A stretch of DNA of 64,000 bases from Candidatus Latescibacterota bacterium (lineage in GTDB: Bacteria; Latescibacterota; UBA2968; GCA-2709665): the NCBI GenBank assembly GCA_965116875.1, contig OZ220733.1, positions 3,616,001 through 3,680,000 of the forward strand, read 5' to 3'. Below the pieces are notes generated by a model. That model was not told the origin of the DNA and did no database searches. It saw only the letters and a list, made by a program, of their open reading frames with translations. A program made the position numbers and the translations under genes. Positions 37,234 to 46,551 of the stretch are shown here, one piece after another; position 1 is the first letter of the stretch, and every line of letters begins with the position of its first letter.

Positions 37234-38358
37234 TCAATCGGACATCTTCAGGCTGTTGCGAACGCAATCGGCCAGGATGGGTACCCCTTCCCGGATATCG
37301 TGGTGCGTCGCATATCCGAAGGCGAGCCTGATGTACGGAACATCCATATTGGATACGTGGAAGGCCTTGCCGGTGGCATAGTCAATACCCATTGACTCCG
37401 CGAGTTGCTCACAGGCCGCGGTGTCGGTGGCGTCGGGCAACTTGACCCAGATAAAGAGACCGCCCTTCGGTCGGCTGAACCACTCGAACGCATCGGGAAA
37501 ACGCGAGAGCATCTCGAACATCAGATCGCGTTTCTTCCTGACGATGGCATTGATTCTGTCCACGTGCGACCAGAGTTCCTCTCTGAAATACTCGCAGACG
37601 ACGGCCGCGCTGAGCGCGCTTGTTCCTCCGTCGCGCCGATATTGAAGAATCCGGTCGAGTAGATCTCGAGGCGCCGCCAGGTAGCCAAGACGGATTCCCG
37701 GCCCCAGAATCTTGGACAGGGATTCTATGTGAATTACCGGCGTATCGTGCTCGAGGGTCCAGAGGGCGGGTTCGTGATGGTCTTCGTAGACGGTGTCGGC
37801 GTAGCAATGATCTTCAACCACCGGTATGGCGTAACGGCCCGCGATATCCAGCAGTTCGCGGCGCCGGCCGAGCGGCATGATCGAACCCGTAGGGTTCTGA
37901 TAGGTTGCCAGGGTATAGATGAATTTCGGTATTCTGTTCCCGGACGCAAGCCGGGCCAGCGTTTCTTCCAGGGCGTCCATTCGCATGCCGTGGTCGTCCA
38001 GCGGGACGCCGACGAGTTCTGCCTTCTCCTTGCGGTACGCGCTCAGCGTGCCCGAATAGGAGAATTCCTCGAGCACAATCACGTCGCCGGGCGACTCGAC
38101 CAGGACCTGGGCGACCAGCGTAACCGCCTGCATGGACCCGGTGGTGAGCGCAATCCGGTCGACGGGCAGGGCAACGCCCTCCCGGTGGGCGAACCTCCGG
38201 GACATGAGCTTTCGGAGCGGTTCGTATCCCAGCGAACCGGGATAGCACGCCAGCTCATCGCCCAGTTCCGGCAGAATGCGCATTGCGGCTTCGGCCAGAC
38301 CTCTGTTTGGAAAGGAGGCCGGGTCGGGACGGCCGCTACCAAAGGGGTATGTCTTCAC
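37234..38358 (-). CDS. PLP-dependent class I aminotransferase (Aro8/MocR-like, no HTH)
   Basis: G.PDP, YQNPTG, EDHCY, SLSKILGPGIRLG, PKGGLFIW, IRLAF. Confidence 0.88.
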   Translation of the reverse strand: MKTYPFGSGRPDPASFPNRGLAEAAMRILPELGDELACYPGSLGYEPLRKLMSRRFAHREGVALPVDRIALTTGSMQAVTLVAQVLVESPGDVIVLEEFSYSGTLSAYRKEKAELVGVPLDDHGMRMDALEETLARLASGNRIPKFIYTLATYQNPTGSIMPLGRRRELLDIAGRYAIPVVEDHCYADTVYEDHHEPALWTLEHDTPVIHIESLSKILGPGIRLGYLAAPRDLLDRILQYRRDGGTSALSAAVVCEYFREELWSHVDRINAIVRKKRDLMFEMLSRFPDAFEWFSRPKGGLFIWVKLPDATDTAACEQLAESMGIDYATGKAFHVSNMDVPYIRLAFGYATHHDIREGVPILADCVRNSLKMSD

Positions 38359-38364
38359 AGCGCT

Positions 38365-39993
38365 TCAGATCCCTCTCTCCTTGCCCCGTATTCTGGGGTC
38401 GAGCGTAGCGAGGAGTTCGTCGTCTTCCGTGATTTCAATGGCTCGGACATTGGCCGCCGCACTCCCCTTGCCCAGCGCGTATTTGATCTCCGACTTCAGG
38501 TATTGGGGCGCTATTTCACCAAATCCTTCTTCGACCGTGACCCATTCGTTGCCTTCGGAGTGTACTCTGGGCGCGCTGACCGCCCAGTCGAGGTCCTCGT
38601 CCAGTATCAGTCGCCGTGTGAGTACCTGAAACAGGGAGGACGGGATACGGGTGCCGCCCGATGCGCCGAGGGTCATTACGGGCTCTCCGTCGCTCATGAT
38701 GAGAATGGGGCACATGTTGTTGATGGGCGACTTGCCCGCGTCGACCGAGTTGGGCAGCCCGGAACCGGGATCGAAGCGGGACATGCCGGCGTTCATGATG
38801 AGTCCCATCCTGGGAATGGTCACATACGAGCCGAAACCGGGGCCGTGGGTCAGGGTCAGGGAAGCCATATTGCGGTCGCGGTCCACAACGGAGACGTGGG
38901 TGGTTCCGCCGTAGGAGAGCGGGCGCAGCAACGCCTGCCCGCGCGTACCCTCCGACACATGATCTGCGATTTCGCGGCCCGTTGCTCCGATCTGGATTTC
39001 GGAGGTAAGGGTTTCCAGCGGTACCTTGACGAATCGGGGGTCGCCGAAATACCTGTACCGGTCCAGCCAGGCTGCGCGGATGGTTTCGGTCAGCCCGTGG
39101 GCGAGACGGGCGGCGTCGCGGGCCCAGAGATCCAGTTCAGCGACTTCGGCGATGCGACACATCTGAAGCACGGAAGGGCCGCTGGTACAGAGGGGTGGGG
39201 TGTACAGGTCGTAACCGAGAAACGAGGCGTGGACGGGTTCGACGTGGCGGGCCTGATAGTCCGCGAAGTCTTCTTCCGTGAGTATTCCGCCGTTCTCCCG
39301 AACGTGTTTCACGATTCTCCCGGCGATCCTTCCCCGGTAGAATTCATCGACTCCGTTCTTTGCGACCTGCTCGAGGATCCGACCCAGGCTCGCATTGGCC
39401 GCCCGATCTCTGGTTGTGGGCGCCCCATCGTCGACCAGCAGCAGCCGTTCCGTGTCCCGGTATGTGCGGATCCGCCTTTCGTTCGCTCCCACGGCGCTGG
39501 CGTAATCGGGTGAAACCCGAAATCCGTTCTTGCAAGCGCGTATGGCCGGAACAAGCGCCTGATCCAGCGGCATTTTTCCGTATTTCTCGATCGCCGCGGC
39601 CAGCCCGGCGAGTACGCCGGGAACGGAAATCGCGAGACAGCCCGTCTCGTTGGCCCTGCCGCTGACCAGCGACCCGAAACGTCCGTCTGAGCGGACCACC
39701 TGGAACATCCTGCTCGTGGCGGCCCCCGGCGCGACGGTGTTGAAGTCGATGCAACCGATTTCCCCGTTCATGCAAACCATCAGGGAGCCGCCGTAACCGC
39801 CGACGCCCGTGTGGTGCGGCGTCACCACGCAGGCGAGCAGGGCGGCCGTGACGGCTGCATCGACGGCATTGCCTCCCTTTTTCAATACGTTGACGGCTGC
39901 GGCGTCGGCTTCGGGCTGACCGACGACCGCGGCCTCCTGGAACGTGGCTGACACGTAAAGCGGCCCTCCTTCGAACGCTCGAAATTTACGCAA
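38365..39993 (-). CDS. ggt: Gamma-glutamyltransferase family (Ntn) hydrolase
   Basis: GGNAVDAAV, GVGG.G, VPG, FYRG.IA, TTHVSVVD nucleophile, GASGG.RI, APRVH, DPR; start uncertain. Confidence 0.88.
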   Translation of the reverse strand: MRKFRAFEGGPLYVSATFQEAAVVGQPEADAAAVNVLKKGGNAVDAAVTAALLACVVTPHHTGVGGYGGSLMVCMNGEIGCIDFNTVAPGAATSRMFQVVRSDGRFGSLVSGRANETGCLAISVPGVLAGLAAAIEKYGKMPLDQALVPAIRACKNGFRVSPDYASAVGANERRIRTYRDTERLLLVDDGAPTTRDRAANASLGRILEQVAKNGVDEFYRGRIAGRIVKHVRENGGILTEEDFADYQARHVEPVHASFLGYDLYTPPLCTSGPSVLQMCRIAEVAELDLWARDAARLAHGLTETIRAAWLDRYRYFGDPRFVKVPLETLTSEIQIGATGREIADHVSEGTRGQALLRPLSYGGTTHVSVVDRDRNMASLTLTHGPGFGSYVTIPRMGLIMNAGMSRFDPGSGLPNSVDAGKSPINNMCPILIMSDGEPVMTLGASGGTRIPSSLFQVLTRRLILDEDLDWAVSAPRVHSEGNEWVTVEEGFGEIAPQYLKSEIKYALGKGSAAANVRAIEITEDDELLATLDPRIRGKERGI

Positions 39994-40004
39994 CGACCTG
40001 TTCG

Positions 40005-40033
40005 ATAATATAAGCGCGCCGTGCGCAGGTCAA
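40005..40033 (-). promoter_or_regulatory. Putative sigma70 promoter for ggt-aminotransferase-mrp
   Basis: TTGACC, 17 nt, TATTAT. Confidence 0.55.
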
Positions 40034-40126
40034 GGGTTTTTTTGTCATTTGGCGATTTTCGGTTGCCGGAACCTCTTGCGCCGGAAACGAACAGGCCGGA
40101 CGTGACCGTTTCTGCCGGTGTCGGCG

Positions 40127-42301
40127 TTACAGTGAACCTGTTCCGGAGGTTACGTATATCGGGCTTGTCCAGGCCTTGGCGCCGTCTGTCTGCGTTACCC
40201 GTACCCAGTAGGGGTGGCAGCCGTCCGGCAATTCGGACTCGCGGCAGGTGAAGCTGGCTTCGCTTCCGACGCCGCCGGGCGCCAGTTCGAAGACAACGGC
40301 AATGTCGATGCCACCCGCGGATATCCGAACGGGCCCTTTCGCGATTTCCCGGAGCGTAACCGCGTGGGAGACGACATCCGTTTGGAAGTCGATGGTTGCC
40401 TGCGGCGGGGCATCCACGGTGAGTATGACGCCGTCGGCGTCACCTGTTGTGACGGATTTCCAGGTCACGGAATGGTCCGAAACGGACTGGATGCCCTCCG
40501 AAGCCGAATCGAATGCGAATCCTTCGGCGCGTCGAATGCGGCCCTGCGCGAGGGTGAGGCCGCCGTCCCAGCGAACAAGGCGGTTGCGTGCGCGAATTCT
40601 CTGGCCCGACCAGGCAATGCGGACCCTGTCTTCCGCGCGGGGTATGGTTTCCGGGAACCTGTGTACGAGCTTCATACCTCTGAATACTTCAACACGCTCT
40701 ATCGGCGCGGTGCCGATCACGTCAACCGCGATTTCAGGAGGATCCAACGTTTTGAGGTCCGACCCCATCGGGTGTCCGTCGGCTGCGACGTTCACGAGGA
40801 TTCGCTGACCCGTGGTGCCATAGCAGCGCCGGGCTTTCAGCGCTTCCCAAAGTCCTCGCCGGCTGAGTTCGGCCGCAAATACGCAGGTGAGCCCCCCGTA
40901 GACGCCGAAGGAGCCGCTGCCGGGGTACGCGGCGCCCGGCCTGCCCTTGTGGTCGTCGCTTCCGGCGGTGAATCCCACCCGATAGCCGTTTTCGAGGGCC
41001 CATTTGAGGAACCATTCGAATTCGCCCCACTCGGAGTAGACTTCCACCAGGCGCTCGACTTCGGGGTCGTGCCAGTCCAGATTGGCGTACCGGCCCCCTA
41101 CGTGGGGAACGAGCAGGACGTCCGTTCCCTTCATCGCCTTGTAGAGATCGGATACGTGAAGGCAATCCGCATGGACGTCGGCCTTGTCCGGAATCAGCAC
41201 GTGGCTGGAGCGATGCAGGGGTCCGGTGTCGCCCGGGAAGTAGACGTTGCGATCGCCGCCGACGGGCGTGTTTCCGGACCATTCGTACCCGACGAAGGCG
41301 ACGAACCGTCCGGGGTCGTTCCGCGTATTCGCCTGGTGTTTGATTTCCTCCCAGACGGCTTCGGTAATCTGAAAATCATTTCCCTGATGCCCTGCGAAAT
41401 CGACAAAGGCGGACTCGCGAGCGAAGCGGAAGTATGAGGACACGGGGTTCGTTCCCACCGTTTCTTCGCTTTGCCCGTGCAGGTCGCCCCAGTACGGCCG
41501 GTATCCGGTACCGGATTCGACGCACCGCATCGGGTTGCTTTTCGCATTCAGGCCGAGAGCCCTGTCTTCGGCCCCGATGCGGAAAATGCCGCGCCGGGGG
41601 GCGACGACGTTTTCAAACCGACGGGTTCCCGCGTCCTCGGGGCGAAAACGAAATGCCTCGGGGAGTCCCGACAGACCGCCGGCATCCACCGCGACTTCGC
41701 CCGTGTAGTCACGGCAAGGATTCCCCCACACGTCCTCCGCCTTAATTCCAACCCAGGCGCACTCGCCGGGCGCAGTCTCCGAAGCGCAGACGGCGACAAG
41801 CTTGTGGGGCGCGCCGCTGACGATGGTCACAGCGGGAGACGGGACCTCCTCGTAGACCCAGGTTCCGCACCAGTCGACCGCAACCCGGAATTCGAACCGC
41901 TCCTTGCAGAAGGTCTGCGCGCGGATCCCGGGAGAGCCTCCGGAGGTGTCTCCCAGCGTGAGGGTAACCGTGTCGCCTTCGGAAAGAGAGTCGTCGAAGA
42001 CATCGATGGTGACGCACAGCCGCCACGGGCGCACGTAGCGCTGTTTTTCGAAGGCGGGTCGGAGCGACGCGGGTCCCGACGTGGATACGGAGGCGTATCC
42101 GGGGGCATCGGGCTCGACGAACTGCGGCGCCTGCCAATCGCTTACGTCACGCCAGGCGATTTTTATGACGCCGCCGTCGTCCACGCCGTACCTGCCGGCG
42201 TGGTAGACGATGCGCCACGTTCCGGTGGCCCCCGCAGTGACCGGTCCCGCGGGGTTGATCTCTGCCCACCCGTAACGCTCGCGAGTTTCCGCGTCGGCCA
42301 T
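40127..42301 (-). CDS. DUF3604-like PHP-fold metallohydrolase
   Basis: YWGDLHGQS, GYEWS, GGDRNV, PHVGGR, EVYSEWG, GFTAGSDDHKGRPG, RRCYGTTG, YWVRVTQ.DG..AWTSPI. Confidence 0.75.
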   Translation of the reverse strand: MADAETRERYGWAEINPAGPVTAGATGTWRIVYHAGRYGVDDGGVIKIAWRDVSDWQAPQFVEPDAPGYASVSTSGPASLRPAFEKQRYVRPWRLCVTIDVFDDSLSEGDTVTLTLGDTSGGSPGIRAQTFCKERFEFRVAVDWCGTWVYEEVPSPAVTIVSGAPHKLVAVCASETAPGECAWVGIKAEDVWGNPCRDYTGEVAVDAGGLSGLPEAFRFRPEDAGTRRFENVVAPRRGIFRIGAEDRALGLNAKSNPMRCVESGTGYRPYWGDLHGQSEETVGTNPVSSYFRFARESAFVDFAGHQGNDFQITEAVWEEIKHQANTRNDPGRFVAFVGYEWSGNTPVGGDRNVYFPGDTGPLHRSSHVLIPDKADVHADCLHVSDLYKAMKGTDVLLVPHVGGRYANLDWHDPEVERLVEVYSEWGEFEWFLKWALENGYRVGFTAGSDDHKGRPGAAYPGSGSFGVYGGLTCVFAAELSRRGLWEALKARRCYGTTGQRILVNVAADGHPMGSDLKTLDPPEIAVDVIGTAPIERVEVFRGMKLVHRFPETIPRAEDRVRIAWSGQRIRARNRLVRWDGGLTLAQGRIRRAEGFAFDSASEGIQSVSDHSVTWKSVTTGDADGVILTVDAPPQATIDFQTDVVSHAVTLREIAKGPVRISAGGIDIAVVFELAPGGVGSEASFTCRESELPDGCHPYWVRVTQTDGAKAWTSPIYVTSGTGSL

Positions 42302-42579
42302 TTCAACTTCCCTTCAGGTTTCGTTTGACAGCGACTGCCCCGGGTATTCTGATTGAACGGCAGCGCGTGGGGGGCCTGAGTTTCCGCGAGGCGTTTCCTT
42401 TCTGCAGGAAAGGAGTTGGGCGAATTTAAGATATGGGTTATTCGACGTGGGACAAGTGAAATCATGGCAGGGATTCACGCGCCCTTTCCGCTTGACCCGA
42501 TGTGGCTTTCAGGTTAACTTTTCGGCGGTTTTCGCGTTCATTCCATTCCCTTCGCCCCGCATGCCGCCGGTCGGTTCCG

Positions 42580-42864
42580 ATGTCCGAACCCCTCCCCGTG
42601 GTCAGGCTTTTCTCCAGGAACGACTGCCATCTGTGCGACGTCGCGAAAGGGCGCATCCAGTCCGCCGGGCGGCGGGTCCCGTTTCGGCTTGAGACCGTCG
42701 ATATAGACGGTGACGCCGAGCTGGCTGCGCGATACAACGACCGGGTCCCGGTCGTACACGTAAACGGGGAAGAAGTGTTCGCGTACCGTGTAAACGAGAG
42801 GGCCCTGGTGCGAATGCTGAAATCGCTGTCGGAACGGACGGGGAGAGGATATGGACGGGGATGA
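42580..42864 (+). CDS. Glutaredoxin-like protein (DUF836 type)
   Basis: LFSRNDCHLCD, VDID.D.EL..RY..RVPV. Confidence 0.88.
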   Translation: MSEPLPVVRLFSRNDCHLCDVAKGRIQSAGRRVPFRLETVDIDGDAELAARYNDRVPVVHVNGEEVFAYRVNERALVRMLKSLSERTGRGYGRG

Positions 42865-44191
42865 CCTGTTCGCCGCTCTTGAGCCTGAGGCGCCGCTTGC
42901 GGACCGGATGAGACCGCGCAACCTGGATGAAGTGCGGGGGCAGGATCACCTTACCGCGCCGGAAGCGCCGTTTCGCAAGCTGATCGAGAGCGACCGGGCG
43001 CCGTCGATGATCTTCTGGGGACCGCCGGGTTCGGGCAAGACCACGCTGGCGCGCCTCGTGGCCGAGTCCACGAAGAGCCGTTTCGTGGCTTTCAGCGCGG
43101 TCACCTCCGGAGTGAAAGTGGTGAGGGAAATCGTCGCGCGCGCAAGAGGGGACCGCCGGAACGGGCGGCGGACCATCCTGTTCATAGACGAGATCCACCG
43201 GTTCAATCGCGCACAGCAGGATGCGTTTCTGCCGCACGTCGAAGACGGCACCATCAGTCTGATCGGGGCCACGACGGAGAATCCATCATTCGAAGTGAAC
43301 GCGGCATTGCTGTCTCGGACGCAGGTGTTCGTGCTGAATCTGCTGGATGTCCCTTCGATATGCGAAATCCTGAATGCCGCGCTCGCGGGAGGCGCGCGCG
43401 GATTGCCGGGTCTGGCCGCCGACAGCGATGCCCTGGAGACGATTGCGAGCGCATCGGAGGGCGACGCCCGGCGCGCGCTCAATGTGCTGGAAACCGTCTG
43501 GGCGTCATTGGAAAACGGCGCGAGGGTGACCGCGGAGTCCGTCAAGGCGGCGATGGGCGGCAAAGCGCTGCTCTACGACAAGAGCGGCGAGGAACACTAT
43601 AACCTGATTTCGGCGCTTCACAAGACCTTGAGGGACAGCGATCCGCATGCATCGCTGTATTGGCTGGCGCGCATGCTTGAATCGGGCGAACACCCGCACT
43701 ATATCCTCCGCCGCATGGTCCGGTTTGCTTCGGAGGATATCGGGAACGCGGATCCGCGGGCGCTTTCAATTACGCTGGCCGCGAAGGAAGCATACGATTT
43801 TCTGGGCAGTCCCGAGGGCGACCTGGCCATTGCGCACGCGGTCGTGTACATGGCCACGGCGCCCAAGAGCAATTCGGTCTACGCGGCTTATGGTGCGGCG
43901 CAAAAGGACGTCAGGGAGCATCCGAACCTGCCTGTGCCGATGCATCTCAGAAACGCGCCGACGGGCCTGATGCAGGAACTGGGATACGGGCGGGGTTATC
44001 AGTACGCGCACGACGACCCGGATGGGGTGGTGTCGCAGAGCCATTTGCCGGAGAATCTGGAGGGACGGGTCTATTATCGTCCGTCCGATCGGGGCTACGA
44101 GCAGAGGATCCGGGAACTGATGGACTGGTGGGAAGCGCTGAGAAGGCGGAAATCCCGGTTGAAAAGCGCACCGGATGAGGATTCACATTGA
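42851..44191 (+). CDS. rarA: Replication-associated recombination protein A (MgsA/RarA)
   Basis: PLADRMRP, WGPPGSGKTT, DEIHRFN, GATTENPSF, GDARR, YNLISALHK, ASEDIGNADP, PKSNS, VPMHLRNAP. Confidence 0.96.
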   Translation: MDGDDLFAALEPEAPLADRMRPRNLDEVRGQDHLTAPEAPFRKLIESDRAPSMIFWGPPGSGKTTLARLVAESTKSRFVAFSAVTSGVKVVREIVARARGDRRNGRRTILFIDEIHRFNRAQQDAFLPHVEDGTISLIGATTENPSFEVNAALLSRTQVFVLNLLDVPSICEILNAALAGGARGLPGLAADSDALETIASASEGDARRALNVLETVWASLENGARVTAESVKAAMGGKALLYDKSGEEHYNLISALHKTLRDSDPHASLYWLARMLESGEHPHYILRRMVRFASEDIGNADPRALSITLAAKEAYDFLGSPEGDLAIAHAVVYMATAPKSNSVYAAYGAAQKDVREHPNLPVPMHLRNAPTGLMQELGYGRGYQYAHDDPDGVVSQSHLPENLEGRVYYRPSDRGYEQRIRELMDWWEALRRRKSRLKSAPDEDSH

Positions 44192-44317
44192 AAAGTGCAT
44201 CCACTATTGTGTATATTGTGGAGGACCATTGTGTACACTTCGGCTTCGGTCGGCTGGGTGCGGAATCTTCACATTTCCAACGATTGATCTGAATTGTCGA
44301 GAGAAGGGAGGCGCAAC

Positions 44318-44371
44318 ATGAGGCTGAACGGAATCTTCCACGTAATCTATCCGCCTCCAGAGGGTTTCTGA
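44318..44371 (+). CDS. Putative 17-aa leader peptide MRLNGIFHVIYPPPEGF
   Basis: GGGAGG SD 6 nt before the ATG; followed by a terminator-like hairpin. Confidence 0.45.
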   Translation: MRLNGIFHVIYPPPEGF

Positions 44372-44416
44372 CGGATTCGCAGTCGTACACGTTGCAACTC
44401 GATCGCCCCTCCGGAG

Positions 44417-44448
44417 CCGCGGGTAGGGATTTTCCCCGCGGTATTTTT
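44417..44448 (+). terminator. Terminator-like hairpin between the uORF and the sigma4-like gene
   Basis: CCGCGGG...CCCGCGG followed by TATTTTT. Confidence 0.6.
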
Positions 44449-44496
44449 CTGCCCGCATGTGCGGGCTGTCGTTATTCGGAGGTGACGATCGGTTTT

Positions 44497-44889
44497 ATGT
44501 ACAATTCTGATTTCTGGGAAATCCGGCTGAATCAGCGGGACATTGAGAAGATCCCGAACGAGAATGGAATCTGGTTTGAGTCGCGTGAAGACCGGCAGTT
44601 GCGATACGTGCGGGAAGACCGGGTTGCCGCAGTGGCTGTCCGGATTATCGAAGCGTTCCCGCATTGCCTTACGGACAGACAGCGGGAGGCGGCGCTGCTG
44701 TATTTCCGCCATGGGAAAACACAGCGAGAGATCGCGGAGATTATGGGGATCTCCCGCCGCGTGGTCAGCCAGCACCTGTTCGGCATTACGCGAGGGGGAC
44801 GGCAGGTGGGCGGCGCGATGCGCAAACTGAGGAAGTACTGTGACGAGGAGTCGCTGGGCCCGTGCGTGGGGAATTCCCGGTCGAAGTGA
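44497..44889 (+). CDS. Stand-alone sigma70 region-4-like HTH protein
   Basis: LTDRQREAALLYF..GKTQREIAEIMGISRRVVSQHL; no region 2. Confidence 0.8.
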   Translation: MYNSDFWEIRLNQRDIEKIPNENGIWFESREDRQLRYVREDRVAAVAVRIIEAFPHCLTDRQREAALLYFRHGKTQREIAEIMGISRRVVSQHLFGITRGGRQVGGAMRKLRKYCDEESLGPCVGNSRSK

Positions 44890-44900
44890 ACGTCGCCTGA

Positions 44901-44953
44901 CAGCCCGTTGAAAGAGCCCGACCGGCCCCGCCTTCAGGCGGTTTTGTCAACGG
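44901..44953 (-). mobile_element. Short degenerate MITE A remnant; may act as a terminator between convergent genes
   Basis: CAGCCCGTTGAAAGAGCC...TTTTGTCAACGG. Confidence 0.5.
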
Positions 44954-44965
44954 AAAAACAAGCCG

Positions 44966-46168
44966 TCAGACCGCCCATTTCTTCATCTTCTCTTCGTCCA
45001 GCTCGACGCCCAGTCCCGGCTTTTCGAAAGGTAAGAGTGCGCCGTCTCTGTACCTGAACGGAGTCGTGGTGACGTCGTCCACCAGGAGGGCAGGCCCTAC
45101 CAGGTCCGACGGTACGGTTACGTTATCTGACGCAACGGCAAGGTGGACAAACGCGGCCGTGCCGGGCCCCATCTCCACGGTGCTGCCCAGCAATACGGGG
45201 ATCCCCGCCGTCTGTGCGAGGTGGATCAGGCGTTGACTGCGCAGAATGCCGCCTGCCTGGGAGGGGATGACGTTCATGACGTCCACTGCCCGGTGGCGTA
45301 CGAGGGCCGTGGAAAAACCATCGTCCATGTCGGCCACGTGTTCGATGATCTGAACGGAGGTCTGTTTCCGGACTCGGGCCAGGGAGCAGGCCGCTTCATC
45401 GGCGTTCTCATTGATCCGCTCGGGATTGTCGTTGGCCACGGCGCGGTTCACCGCGACCACCGGCGTCTCGCAAGCGTCGATGCCGGCGGCGGCCATGTCC
45501 CGGATCTTTCCCACGGCCTCGTCTTCCTCCCACGCGCCGCTGGCGTCGGCTTTGAGGTAGACGTCCGGACCCGCTACCTGGCGAAGGCGCGCGATGCGGT
45601 CCAGATCGCGCGGATGATCCTCGCCGACCTTGAGCTTGAAAGCACGAAGGCCACGTGAGACCATCGTACTGATTTCATCCTCAAGCGCATCGAGCTCATC
45701 GTGCAGCGAGACGCCCCGCCGCATATAGGCGACCCAGCAGACGTCGACGCGTTTCTGACGGCGCCCGCCCAGAAGTTCGTATAGGGGGGCGCCGTATTGT
45801 TTTCCGGCAAGGTCGAGCAGGGCGATCTCCACGCCGAACAGCGTGAGACCTCTGAGTTCCGGGTGGATGCCCGCGGGAAGTTCATCGGCGATGCGTGCGC
45901 CCAGGACGTTTCGATCGGCGACGTCGCCGCCTTTCAGCACCTGCAGGAGGAGACCGCGCAGGTCGTCGGCCCGGAGCGGATTCATCCGGTCGGCGATGTC
46001 CGGGACTTCTCCCAGCCCCACGCGGCCGGTGTCCGTGAAGAACTCGAGGATCTGGTATCGGGACCGGCTGAGGTCCTCCCCCGGCTGCAGGTTCTGCGGG
46101 TCCGCGGCATACGTGGTATAGATGCGCGGCACCGAGACTTCCCGCACCTGGACGTCGGTGATCTTCAT
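44966..46168 (-). CDS. Mandelate racemase/muconate lactonizing enzyme family protein
   Basis: GRVGLGE, EIALLDL.GK....PLYELLGG, FKLKVG, ADA, ETP, PGLGVELD. Confidence 0.85.
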   Translation of the reverse strand: MKITDVQVREVSVPRIYTTYAADPQNLQPGEDLSRSRYQILEFFTDTGRVGLGEVPDIADRMNPLRADDLRGLLLQVLKGGDVADRNVLGARIADELPAGIHPELRGLTLFGVEIALLDLAGKQYGAPLYELLGGRRQKRVDVCWVAYMRRGVSLHDELDALEDEISTMVSRGLRAFKLKVGEDHPRDLDRIARLRQVAGPDVYLKADASGAWEEDEAVGKIRDMAAAGIDACETPVVAVNRAVANDNPERINENADEAACSLARVRKQTSVQIIEHVADMDDGFSTALVRHRAVDVMNVIPSQAGGILRSQRLIHLAQTAGIPVLLGSTVEMGPGTAAFVHLAVASDNVTVPSDLVGPALLVDDVTTTPFRYRDGALLPFEKPGLGVELDEEKMKKWAV

Positions 46169-46186
46169 GGATGCGGCCCTCGTGGT

Positions 46187-46525
46187 TCAGGCTGAACCCG
46201 TGATACCGAGCAGGTTACGTGTATAGGACAGGAGGCCGGCCGTGACGATGCTGGCGATGAGCAGCACGCCCGCGGGCATCAGTTTTCGGGTCCTGATGAA
46301 TCGACTCAGGGATATCCCGGTCAGCAGCAGGGAGAGCATCAGACCGATGAGCAGGCCCGTTGCCGGGTCCGTGCGTCCGGTCCACCAGGCGTACAGCGCG
46401 ACCAGGCCGCTGATGCCGCCCGCGGCGAGCGAAACCGAACTGTCCGATTTGAGTTTGCCCACGACGCCGCCGGCGATCAGCAGCAGGCCGTAGAGCGCCA
46501 GGACGGTTTGTGCGAGTTGGAGCAT
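46187..46525 (-). CDS. TMEM14-family membrane protein
   Basis: YGLLLIAGGVVG..KS.S.VSLAAG, RFIRTRKLMPAG. Confidence 0.8.
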   Translation of the reverse strand: MLQLAQTVLALYGLLLIAGGVVGKLKSDSSVSLAAGGISGLVALYAWWTGRTDPATGLLIGLMLSLLLTGISLSRFIRTRKLMPAGVLLIASIVTAGLLSYTRNLLGITGSA

Positions 46526-46551
46526 GGTTTACCTCCGGTTGCGAATGTCGA

